From NCBI GenBank assembly GCA_964634935.1, contig CAZWJT010000003.1, positions 116,323 through 180,322 on the forward strand: a stretch of 64,000 nucleotides of DNA, given 5' to 3'. The notes beneath the pieces were generated by a model that was not told where the DNA came from, made no database searches, and saw only the letters and a list, made by a program, of their open reading frames with translations. Origin of the DNA: an uncultured Planctomycetia bacterium (GTDB lineage: Bacteria; Omnitrophota; Gorgyraeia; Duberdicusellales; Duberdicusellaceae). The position numbers and the translations under genes are program-made. Numbering within the stretch: the stretch's first letter is position 1; the number at the start of each line of letters is the position of its first letter. This document shows, one piece after another, positions 36,890 through 45,814 of this stretch.

Positions 36890-37636
36890 ATGATGCAATT
36901 TCATCAGAGAATAGCTTATATTTTTTGGGTACTTTTCCCCTGTTTTGCCTACGCCGTACCCGATGCCCCATTAACAAGTTTGAATGAAAAACCATCAGCG
37001 GTTTCTCCTCTAAGTAATTCGACAGGAGAGCACTTAGAAGGGGTGATCAAGGAGAAGAACGGCGATATTAAATTTAAAGCCGAAAAAGCATTCTTTACTG
37101 ACAATGAGAAGGTGCGTTTTGAGAAGAAAGTCGATATTCGTACCGAAGAAGGTCTTTCACTGCAAACAGACGCCCTCGAATGGGACAAAAGCAAGGGAAC
37201 CGCTGAAAGCGACGATAAAGTAATGCTTAAAAAAGCAGATACTTTTGATGCTGAGGGGACAGGATTGAAAGTTGATACTCAGTCAAAACAGGCTGTTTTG
37301 GAGAAAAAGGTAACTGTAAAGATTCCTCAAGAAGGAGCTGGTTTTATTTTCGTAACCTGTGATGGTCCTTTAGAAATGGATTATAGCCAATCAGAAGCGA
37401 CATTTAATAATAACGTTGAAATGAGCGATAGCGAGACAAAGCTACACGCGGATATGGCAAAAGTCTATTTTGACCAAACCGCCAAAACGATTGTCAAGGT
37501 TGTTGCCGAAGGCAATGTCCGCGTTATCCGCGGGAAAAATACTTCTTATTCCCAGAAAGCAACATATCTGCAGACAACCAAGAAGATTATTCTGGAAGGT
37601 GCTCCTCGCCTCATTTTATTTCCTGAGCAAAACTAA
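36890..37636 (+). CDS. LptA/LptC (OstA-like) family periplasmic LPS-transport protein
   Basis: Signal peptide. OstA-like beta-jellyroll pattern; sits immediately upstream of lptB. Confidence 0.55.
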   Translation: MMQFHQRIAYIFWVLFPCFAYAVPDAPLTSLNEKPSAVSPLSNSTGEHLEGVIKEKNGDIKFKAEKAFFTDNEKVRFEKKVDIRTEEGLSLQTDALEWDKSKGTAESDDKVMLKKADTFDAEGTGLKVDTQSKQAVLEKKVTVKIPQEGAGFIFVTCDGPLEMDYSQSEATFNNNVEMSDSETKLHADMAKVYFDQTAKTIVKVVAEGNVRVIRGKNTSYSQKATYLQTTKKIILEGAPRLILFPEQN

Positions 37637-37645
37637 CAGGGCGCG

Positions 37646-38368
37646 ATGCGACTCTTAGAAGTAAAAAACTTGGTGAAGAGTTACCATGCCAAAAAAGTGG
37701 TAGACCGGGTGAATTTATCCGTTCATCGAGGGGAAATTGTCGGATTACTTGGCCCCAATGGAGCCGGGAAAACAACATCGTTTTATATGATCGTTGGAGT
37801 TGTCACTCCGGATGAAGGTCAGATACTTTTTGATAACCAGGATATTACCCGTTTACCGATACATGTAAGAAGTCGTTTCGGTATCGGGTATCTTTCGCAG
37901 GAACCATCGGTTTTTACAAAGCTTACTGTTGAGGAAAACATCATGGCTATTTTGGAAACACTTCCTATTCCTGTTCAGGAGCGCCAGCAGCGTTTAAATA
38001 TGCTTCTCGATGAGTTGAAGATAAGCCATCTAAGGAAACACAAGGCTTATACGCTCTCCGGGGGAGAAAAACGGCGTCTAGAGATTACCCGGGCATTAGT
38101 TAAAAATCCTTCGTTCATCCTGCTTGATGAACCTTTTTCGGGAATTGATCCAATCGTTGTCAATGAAGCGCAGGAAATTATCCGAGAACTCAAACGCAAA
38201 GGAATCGGTATTTTAATAACTGACCACAATGTCCGGGAAACCCTTTCAATTACCGACAGGGCATATTTGATTGCTGAAGGAAGAATTTTAATCTCAGGAA
38301 ATTCCCAAGAGCTCATTGCGTCGCAGAAGGCGAAGCAGATCTACCTTGGGGAGAATTTCCGGATGTAA
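37646..38368 (+). CDS. lptB: LPS export ABC transporter ATP-binding protein LptB
   Basis: LLGPNGAGKTTSFYMIVG Walker A, LSGGEKRRLEI signature, ILLDEPFSGIDP Walker B, LITDHN H-loop. 240 aa. Confidence 0.85.
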   Translation: MRLLEVKNLVKSYHAKKVVDRVNLSVHRGEIVGLLGPNGAGKTTSFYMIVGVVTPDEGQILFDNQDITRLPIHVRSRFGIGYLSQEPSVFTKLTVEENIMAILETLPIPVQERQQRLNMLLDELKISHLRKHKAYTLSGGEKRRLEITRALVKNPSFILLDEPFSGIDPIVVNEAQEIIRELKRKGIGILITDHNVRETLSITDRAYLIAEGRILISGNSQELIASQKAKQIYLGENFRM

Positions 38369-38390
38369 CTATAATCCAAGAGGAGGCATA

Positions 38391-39284
38391 ATGAAAATTA
38401 CTGCGAAAAATTTAAGCAAAACCCGGAAGCAGATCGACATAGAAGTTACTAAGGGATCGCTTGAGGAAATCCGAAATAAAATTGTCCAGGCGGTTGCCAA
38501 AGAAGCAAAAATCTCTGGATTTCGGCCGGGAAAAGCCCCGCTCGATCTGGTTGAGAAGACGTATGCAAAGACGATAGAGGAGAAGCTTCTCGAGGAAGCC
38601 GTCCCCGCGTTCTACAGTGAGGCAGTAAAAAAAGAAAATTTTACTCCGGCGGGGATGCCTGAGATTACGCGCGTTCAGTTAACCCAAGGACAGCTTACTT
38701 TCACTGCGACGGTTGATGTGAAGCCGAGCGTTGAGATCGATGAAAAAGTGTACCGGAATATTACACTGGGCTCTGCTCCGATTGAAGTGAAAGATGAAGA
38801 AATACAAAAAGTCCTTGCAACATTGAAAGATTCCTTAAAGAAAGCAATTTCCGATTCAGAAATATCCGATGATTATCTTGCTCGCTGGATGGGGTATCGG
38901 GATATTACAGAATGTAAGGCGGGTATTACCCATGAGTTTTGGCTGAATAAGTTCATCCAGCGCCGAAAATCCTTGGAAACGAAGATTAGTAAAGTATTGC
39001 TTGAGGCGATAAAAATAGAACTTCCTGCTTCCGTGTTGCAGGAACAAAAAGAGTATCTGCTGAAAAGCCAATTCCACGATTTACGGCAACGTGGAGTCAG
39101 CGAGGAAGAAATACAGAAACACAAGGATGAAATAGAAAAAAAATGTGCACCAATGGCAGAGGAGCAGTTGAAACTCTATTATATTCTTGAGGCAATTGCC
39201 GAAAAAGAACAGTTAAAGCTTGAAGATAAATCCAAGCTGTATGACACAACGATTGGGTATCTTTTGAGTCAGGCGAAAGAATAA
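38391..39284 (+). CDS. tig: Trigger factor (ribosome-binding N-domain + C-terminal arm; no FKBP PPIase domain)
   Basis: TF signature GFRPGKAP near the N-terminus. 297 aa. No FKBP-like segment between the N- and C-domains. AGGAGG SD at 38381..38386. Confidence 0.7.
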   Translation: MKITAKNLSKTRKQIDIEVTKGSLEEIRNKIVQAVAKEAKISGFRPGKAPLDLVEKTYAKTIEEKLLEEAVPAFYSEAVKKENFTPAGMPEITRVQLTQGQLTFTATVDVKPSVEIDEKVYRNITLGSAPIEVKDEEIQKVLATLKDSLKKAISDSEISDDYLARWMGYRDITECKAGITHEFWLNKFIQRRKSLETKISKVLLEAIKIELPASVLQEQKEYLLKSQFHDLRQRGVSEEEIQKHKDEIEKKCAPMAEEQLKLYYILEAIAEKEQLKLEDKSKLYDTTIGYLLSQAKE

Positions 39285-39352
39285 GTTGAAGAATGAATAT
39301 TTGTGATTATAATGGACTGGATTATCTACAGGGTAAAGAAGGAGAAAATCAT

Positions 39353-39946
39353 ATGAAGGCACAGCATTACGTCCCTATGGTTATCGAGCAAACCGGGAGA
39401 GTCGAGCGTGCTTATGATATTTATTCCAGGCTGCTGAAAGACAGGATTATTTTTATCGGAACGCCGATTGATGATACGGTTGCAAATGTGATCATCGCTC
39501 AGCTTCTTTTCCTCCAGATGGAAAGCGCAGAAAAAGATATTAATATATACATCAATACTCCGGGCGGAGTTATTACTGCGGGGCTTGCGATTTATGACAC
39601 GATGCAGTTTGTGAAGCCGGATGTTGCGACATACTGCATAGGTCAGGCAGCAAGTTTGGGGGCGGTTCTTCTCGCGGCTGGTAAAAAAGGCAAAAGGTTT
39701 GCTCTGCCGAATTCCCGGGTAATGATTCATCAGCCGTGGGGAGGGGTACAGGGAACTGCAGCAGATATTTCTATCCAAACGCAGGAGATTTTGAAGATGC
39801 GTCAGCGGATGAATGAGTTACTTGCTTCTCATACCGGGAAATCCATGGAAAAAATTCAAGAAGATACCGATCGGGATTTCTTTATGAATGCCGAAGAGGC
39901 AAAGCAATACGGAGTTGTTGACGAAGTTATCGCCACCGCCAAGTAG
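39353..39946 (+). CDS. clpP: ATP-dependent Clp protease proteolytic subunit ClpP
   Basis: RIIFIG, catalytic [28 protein letters not shown] upstream. Confidence 0.9.
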   Translation: MKAQHYVPMVIEQTGRVERAYDIYSRLLKDRIIFIGTPIDDTVANVIIAQLLFLQMESAEKDINIYINTPGGVITAGLAIYDTMQFVKPDVATYCIGQAASLGAVLLAAGKKGKRFALPNSRVMIHQPWGGVQGTAADISIQTQEILKMRQRMNELLASHTGKSMEKIQEDTDRDFFMNAEEAKQYGVVDEVIATAK

Positions 39947-39994
39947 TTTAAATACCTGACTTCTTATGGCATTGAGACAACCGAAAGGAGAGCT

Positions 39995-41128
39995 ATGAAG
40001 CATCCATATTTGATGACCCCAGGGCCGTCGCCGCTTGCTCCACGAGTAAAATCTGCTCTGGCAAAGGATATTATCCATCATCGAACCGAGGAGTTTATTT
40101 CCATATTGCGTGATATTAATTCTGGGATTAAATATGTTTTTCAAACAGAAAATCCGGTATTGACTTTCGCTTCTTCCGGAACCGGTGCCATGGAGGCAGC
40201 GATATGCAATTTTTTATCCCAAGGTGATACTGTGCTTGTTGTTTGTGGGGGAAAATTCGGTGAGCGCTGGGCCGAACTTTGCAAAGAATATAAGATCCAG
40301 GCGAAGATTCTGAATGTGGCCTGGGGGACTTCTCCTTCTCCTGAAGAAATCGGGAAAATTTTAAAAGAAGAGAAAAATATTAAAGCTGTTTATACGACGC
40401 TTTGCGAAACTTCGACAGCGACTGTTTTTGAGATTGAGAAGATCGCAGCCGTAGTCAAGCAGACCTCCGCGATTCTTGTCGTTGACGCGATTAGTGGACT
40501 CGGTGCGGATATTTTAAAAACAGACGCCTGGGGCGTGGATGTGGTTGTTTCCGGATCACAAAAAAGTTTAATGTTACCTCCCGGGTTGGGTTTTATCTCT
40601 TTAAGTAAAAAAGCACAAGAATTACTGAAGACTGCGACTCTTCCCCGGTATTATTTCGATCTGAGGAAAGCCCTCAAGGCTTATGAAAAGGACGATACGC
40701 CATTTACTCCCGCGGTAAATCTTATCGTAGCGCTCCGTGAATCCATTGACAGTATTCAAACAGAGGGGATTGAGACGATCTGGAGGAATTTTTCGCACAT
40801 TGCTGCTTCTTTGCGTGAAGCACTCAAAACCCTCGGTCTTCAGATTTATTCCCAGAGCCCATCTTCCGCTGTAACTGCGGCGTTGGTTGGCGAAGGAAAG
40901 AGCGCGAAAGTCATAGCTTCCAAGATGCGCAAGGAATATGGAGTTAGTATTGCTGCTGGTCAGGGCGAGATTGAAGACAAAATTATCCGTATCGCCCACA
41001 TGGGGTATATTAATCCTCAGGATGTAATTATGTGTTTGTCGATCCTGGAAAAAGTTTTGAAAGACAACGGCTTGCCGATTACACTGGGGACGTCGCTTAA
41101 AAGATTCCAGGAGGTTTACTATGTATAA
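39995..41128 (+). CDS. Class V PLP aminotransferase (AGXT-type; likely phosphoserine aminotransferase given adjacency to serA)
   Basis: MTPGPSPLAPRV opening, and a GGKFG lysine-region analogue. Precedes serA. Confidence 0.7.
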   Translation: MKHPYLMTPGPSPLAPRVKSALAKDIIHHRTEEFISILRDINSGIKYVFQTENPVLTFASSGTGAMEAAICNFLSQGDTVLVVCGGKFGERWAELCKEYKIQAKILNVAWGTSPSPEEIGKILKEEKNIKAVYTTLCETSTATVFEIEKIAAVVKQTSAILVVDAISGLGADILKTDAWGVDVVVSGSQKSLMLPPGLGFISLSKKAQELLKTATLPRYYFDLRKALKAYEKDDTPFTPAVNLIVALRESIDSIQTEGIETIWRNFSHIAASLREALKTLGLQIYSQSPSSAVTAALVGEGKSAKVIASKMRKEYGVSIAAGQGEIEDKIIRIAHMGYINPQDVIMCLSILEKVLKDNGLPITLGTSLKRFQEVYYV

Positions 41129-42710
41129 GGTTTTAGTGAGCGACAAACTTGCCCAAGAAGGCATTCGTATTCTTGAAGCGGAAAAGGAATTCAAGGTAGA
41201 CGCAAAGCCAGCAATTACCCATGAAGAGCTTCTGGCCATTATTGGCGATTACGACGCTCTCGTTGTGCGGAGTAGAACCGAAGTAAGCAAAGATGTTTTC
41301 GAGAAAGCTAAAAAATTACGGGTTGTTGGACGGGCAGGCGTAGGCGTAGATAATGTTGATGTTGATGCTGCAACACAACGGGGAGTGATTGTGATGAATG
41401 CTCCTTCGGGCAACACGATCTCAACCTGTGAGCAAGCGTTCGCGCTTATGCTTTCTCTTTCCCGAAATACTCCCCAAGCGGATGCATCAGTGAAGAAGGG
41501 GGAATGGGAGAAAAACAAGTTTAAAGGGGCAGAGCTTTATAGCAAGACGCTCGGCATTGTTGGGTTTGGCCGCATTGGAAAAGAAGTTGCCAAGCGGGCT
41601 TTAGCATTTGGGATGAAGATTCTCTGCTATGATCCGTTTATCACCGAAGAAATGGCACACCGTTTCAATATTCAGCTTGTCAACATAGCGACATTGCTCA
41701 AGGAGGCAGATTATATCACTTTTCACACTCCGCTTACCGAAGAAACGCGAGGTCTTTTGAACGAAGACGCGTTTAAAAAAATGAAGCCAACCTGCCGGGT
41801 TATTAACTGCGCTCGTGGAGGTATTGTTGATGAACAAGCTTTGGCAAAAGTACTTCAGGAAAAAAAGATTGCCGGTGCGGCGCTGGATGTGTTTGTCAAT
41901 GAACCCCTAGAAAAGGAGAGCGCGTTACGTTCCTTAGAGAATATCGTGCTTACGCCTCATTTGGGCGCTTCAACCGATGAAGCACAGGTGAATGTTGCTA
42001 TTGAAATCGCCCACTGCGTTAAAGACGCTTTACTCGGCAAAGGGTTACGGAATACCGTGAATTTTCCTGCTCTGGAGCCAGACGTGTATAAGGTTATTGC
42101 CCCATACTTCAGTCTGGCAGAGAAAATGGGTCGTTTCGCCGCTCAGGCCGTTGAAGGACGAATCAGCAAGGTAGGAGCGGTCTATACGGGTGAGATGAAC
42201 CAATATAACACAAATACGCTCACCGCAGCGATATTGAAAGGCGTTCTTTCTCCGATTCTTGAAGGCTCAGTCAGTGTCATCAACGCTATCGCCATCGCCA
42301 AAGACCGGGGAATCAAGGTGGAAGAACTGAAATCTGTCGAGGTGAGCGACTACATTAATTCCGTTATCCTGGAGATAACCACGGATAAAGAACAATTTGT
42401 GCTTGAAGGCACTCTTTTTGCTGGTAAACGTCCTCGTATTGTACGGATTAACGATGCATACCTTGAGATTTCTCCGGAGGGGCATCTTGTTTTTCTCGCC
42501 AACAAAGATAAACCAGGCGTTGTCGGGAGGCTTGGAACAATTCTTGGAAAGAATAAGATTAATATTGGAGATATCAGCCTCGGGAGGAAGAAAAAAGGAG
42601 GGGTCGCGTTGACTGTACTCAGCATTGATAGTCCGTTAACCGAGGCGGTCCGGAAAAAGATTCTTGCTGATAAGGATTTTCTTTTCCTTAAGGCTATAAA
42701 ATTAGCCTGA
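41121..42710 (+). CDS. serA: D-3-phosphoglycerate dehydrogenase with C-terminal ACT domain
   Basis: GIVGFGRIGKEVAKRA NAD-binding motif, HLGAST, C-terminal ACT; 529 aa. Confidence 0.9.
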   Translation: MYKVLVSDKLAQEGIRILEAEKEFKVDAKPAITHEELLAIIGDYDALVVRSRTEVSKDVFEKAKKLRVVGRAGVGVDNVDVDAATQRGVIVMNAPSGNTISTCEQAFALMLSLSRNTPQADASVKKGEWEKNKFKGAELYSKTLGIVGFGRIGKEVAKRALAFGMKILCYDPFITEEMAHRFNIQLVNIATLLKEADYITFHTPLTEETRGLLNEDAFKKMKPTCRVINCARGGIVDEQALAKVLQEKKIAGAALDVFVNEPLEKESALRSLENIVLTPHLGASTDEAQVNVAIEIAHCVKDALLGKGLRNTVNFPALEPDVYKVIAPYFSLAEKMGRFAAQAVEGRISKVGAVYTGEMNQYNTNTLTAAILKGVLSPILEGSVSVINAIAIAKDRGIKVEELKSVEVSDYINSVILEITTDKEQFVLEGTLFAGKRPRIVRINDAYLEISPEGHLVFLANKDKPGVVGRLGTILGKNKINIGDISLGRKKKGGVALTVLSIDSPLTEAVRKKILADKDFLFLKAIKLA

Positions 42711-42749
42711 GGTTTTAAGGAGGATGTCGCGGTAAAACGAGGAGGCACT

Positions 42750-44513
42750 ATGCGGAAGGGGATAGTTGTTTTCTTGCTTATGTTGTTTTTTGCCGTGGGG
42801 GTTTATGCGGAGAATGCTGTATTTGTCGTCACCGGACAATCACATGCGAGCCTCTATCCGTGCGGTAGGTGTCCTGCTGCGGTAGGTGGTGGGGTGGCGC
42901 GAAGAGCCGAAGTGATAAAATCGGCGAGAGGATTATATAAAAATGTACTTCTTCTTGACAGCGGGGACGTATTTGCCGGTGGTAATCTTGACGATGCGTC
43001 GTTGAGTCAGGAGTTAGACAAAGAGAGAACCGACTCTATGATGCGGGTGATGAAAAACCTGCAATACGATGCGGTCGGAGTCGGCGAAAGTGAATTTTAT
43101 TTTGGGAAAGAATTCTTTGAGAAAATAGCCAAAACTTACGCTGTTCCTTTTGTTTCATGCAATATTCCTTTAAAAAGCGTGCGTCCTTATATTCTGAAGA
43201 AATCAGGGAATCTCAAGATTGCCATTCTTGGGATAAGTCCAGAGGAATTAAAGAATAAATCGGGGATAGATATTTTACCCGTCCGCGCAAGCCTTGAGAA
43301 AACAATTTCCCAGCTCAACGCGCAGGAAAAGCCGAACTACGTTATTCTCATCTCAACCCTTGGCCAAGAAAGAACAAAGCAACTTTTAGGAGAAATTAAG
43401 GGAATTAACCTTGCGATCGTAGGTGGTTTTCCGCCAGCTCGGGTTGATAAAGAAGAAGTGGGTGAAACCACGATGCTTTTTCCGGTTTTCCAGGGCAAAA
43501 TGGTAAGTGTGGTGAACGCTGAATTTGATCAGAACAATCTCTGGAAGACGTCCACTTTCACTCAGGAGCGCCTCTCGCTTGATAAACCTGAAGACACTAC
43601 TGTCAAAAACCTGCTGCCTCTTTGCTATAAAGACCAGGATTGTCCTCGAAAAGAAGGGTACGCGAGTAAGTGCCAGAATCCGGGAGCAAAGGCAAAATGC
43701 ACATATAAGGAACACCGGAAATTTCAAGCGACGGTATTAAGCGTACTTGATTGTAAAGAATGTTCTATCCAACTTACCCAGAATTTATTGAAGAGCGTGT
43801 TTCCGGGGATACAATTTACGCTTCTGGATTACCGCGATACAAAAGCGGCAAAAATACTTGAGGATTTTTCATTGCGCGCTCTCCCGGCTTTTATTCTTCC
43901 TCAGGAGATTGAGCAAGAAGAGGTATTCAGCAAGGCAAGCCAGCTTTTCAAAAAAATCAACAACGCATATCTCCTGGAAGCTCCTTATTCGGGGATATTT
44001 TTGTTTCTTAATCGTAAAGCAATTCCGGGGAAAATCGATCTTTTCTTCGATATTTATGACAAAAAAAGTATTCCTGTGCTAAACCAATTAAAAAGTATCC
44101 TTGAGGCCGAAAAGGACAAAAAAGTGAAGATTTATTTCATTTTTCCTCTTAAAGACAATAAAATTTCTGATGAGCTTCCCGCCTATGTTGGTGAGGAGTA
44201 TATGAGGATTTTTGCGGTGGAAAAACTGTTTCCTGATAAACTATGGGATTACCTTGTAAAACGTATCGAGTCAATTGAAAGTAGCTGGTGGCAGAAACCA
44301 ATGCAGGAACTGGGTATCGACCAAAACGCGGTGAGCGTTTTCTCCCAGTCTGGGGAAGGCGAGAAGGCTTTGCAAGAGAATATCGCAATGCTGGCTGAGC
44401 TTGGAGCGTCAGCCCAACCCGCGATGCTTATTGACAATCAAAGGATATTTTCCTTATCGCTGCAGGCTCAAGACGGCGATAAAACCTTGAAGAATATTTT
44501 CCAAAAAAAGTAA
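42750..44513 (+). CDS. Secreted chimeric hypothetical: degenerate 5'-nucleotidase/metallophosphoesterase-like N-domain + Cys-rich linker + thioredoxin/DsbA-like CxxC region
   Basis: Signal peptide. LLLDSGDVFAGG resembles 5'-NT LLDAGDxxQG, but the GNHEF position reads GESEF (His lost). CxxC (DCKECS). DsbA-like C-terminal segment. Confidence 0.4.
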   Translation: MRKGIVVFLLMLFFAVGVYAENAVFVVTGQSHASLYPCGRCPAAVGGGVARRAEVIKSARGLYKNVLLLDSGDVFAGGNLDDASLSQELDKERTDSMMRVMKNLQYDAVGVGESEFYFGKEFFEKIAKTYAVPFVSCNIPLKSVRPYILKKSGNLKIAILGISPEELKNKSGIDILPVRASLEKTISQLNAQEKPNYVILISTLGQERTKQLLGEIKGINLAIVGGFPPARVDKEEVGETTMLFPVFQGKMVSVVNAEFDQNNLWKTSTFTQERLSLDKPEDTTVKNLLPLCYKDQDCPRKEGYASKCQNPGAKAKCTYKEHRKFQATVLSVLDCKECSIQLTQNLLKSVFPGIQFTLLDYRDTKAAKILEDFSLRALPAFILPQEIEQEEVFSKASQLFKKINNAYLLEAPYSGIFLFLNRKAIPGKIDLFFDIYDKKSIPVLNQLKSILEAEKDKKVKIYFIFPLKDNKISDELPAYVGEEYMRIFAVEKLFPDKLWDYLVKRIESIESSWWQKPMQELGIDQNAVSVFSQSGEGEKALQENIAMLAELGASAQPAMLIDNQRIFSLSLQAQDGDKTLKNIFQKK

Positions 44514-44531
44514 TCTTTAAAAAAACACTTC

Positions 44532-45803
44532 ATGCGTAATACAGTTGTGGTTGGTCTCCAGTGGGGAGATGAAGGGAAGGGGAAATTGATTGACATCCTT
44601 GCCCAGGATGCCGATTATATTGTGCGTTATCAAGGAGGCAATAACGCTGGTCATACGGTTGTTGTCGGTGCGAATACGTATGTGTTCCATCTTATTCCTT
44701 CCGGAGTGCTTCACAAGGGTAAAATCTGTCTTATTGGCAACGGTGTCGTTTTCGACCCGGAAGCATTCCTCAAAGAACTGCAAACAATTTCCAGTCTTGG
44801 CGTTGTTTTCCAGGATAGGCTTAAAATTTCCAGTCAAGCCCATGTCATTTTTCCGTATCACCGCATCATGGATGGATTAAGGGAAAGCAAGCGTGAATTT
44901 AGGATAGGCACTACCGGGCGTGGCATTGGCCCTTGCTATGCTGATAAAGTAGCTCGATGCGGCATCCGGATTGGAGACTTATTGAACAAAGAATTGTTGG
45001 CACAAAAGTTAAACGACAATCTTCTGGAGAAAAATGAAATATTTAAAAAGGTTTTTCACCACAAAGGATTTGGATTTTCCGCGCTCTATAAGCAATACCT
45101 CGAGTATGGCAAAATTATCAAGCCTTTTGTATGCAACGGTCCTTTGGTTCTTGCCCGAGCCCTGGAAGACAAGAAATCAATTCTTTTTGAAGGAGCTCAG
45201 GGAGCGTTTCTGGATATTGATTTTGGGACATACCCTTTTGTTACTTCGTCTTCCGCGGTTTCTGCTGGAGCTTGTATCGGAACCGGAGTAGGCCCCACTC
45301 ATATTCATGATATTACCGGCGTGGTAAAGGCATACACAACACGAGTGGGCGAGGGGCCATTTGTGACTGAATTTTCCAGCAAACTTATGGAATATATTCG
45401 GCAGAAAGGACGGGAGTTTGGCGCGACCACAGGAAGGCCAAGGCGTTGCGGATGGTTTGATAGCGTGATGGTGAAATTTTCGCTTTTGATTAACGGCGTT
45501 AACAAGCTTGCTATTATGAAACTCGATGTTTTAGGGGGTATGAAGACGATTAAAGTGTGTACTGCATACCGATATAAAGGAAAAACGTTTCAGGAATTTC
45601 CTTATGATTTAGAGGTGCTTCAGAACGCAAAGCCAGTTTACGAAGAGCTTCCGGGTTGGAAGGAAGATGTGCATACGGCAAAAAGCTATCAGGAGCTTCC
45701 CCGGAATGCGCAGATTTATCTGGAAAGGCTCGAGGAGATTTTGAGGATTAAATTTGCCTATATCTCTGTAGGTTCCAAACGGGAAGAAACCATTATACGA
45801 TAA
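44532..45803 (+). CDS. purA: Adenylosuccinate synthetase
   Basis: VVVGLQWGDEGKGKLIDIL, YQGGNNAGHTV, GTTGRGIGP. Confidence 0.95.
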   Translation: MRNTVVVGLQWGDEGKGKLIDILAQDADYIVRYQGGNNAGHTVVVGANTYVFHLIPSGVLHKGKICLIGNGVVFDPEAFLKELQTISSLGVVFQDRLKISSQAHVIFPYHRIMDGLRESKREFRIGTTGRGIGPCYADKVARCGIRIGDLLNKELLAQKLNDNLLEKNEIFKKVFHHKGFGFSALYKQYLEYGKIIKPFVCNGPLVLARALEDKKSILFEGAQGAFLDIDFGTYPFVTSSSAVSAGACIGTGVGPTHIHDITGVVKAYTTRVGEGPFVTEFSSKLMEYIRQKGREFGATTGRPRRCGWFDSVMVKFSLLINGVNKLAIMKLDVLGGMKTIKVCTAYRYKGKTFQEFPYDLEVLQNAKPVYEELPGWKEDVHTAKSYQELPRNAQIYLERLEEILRIKFAYISVGSKREETIIR

Positions 45804-45814
45804 CAGGAGGTTTT

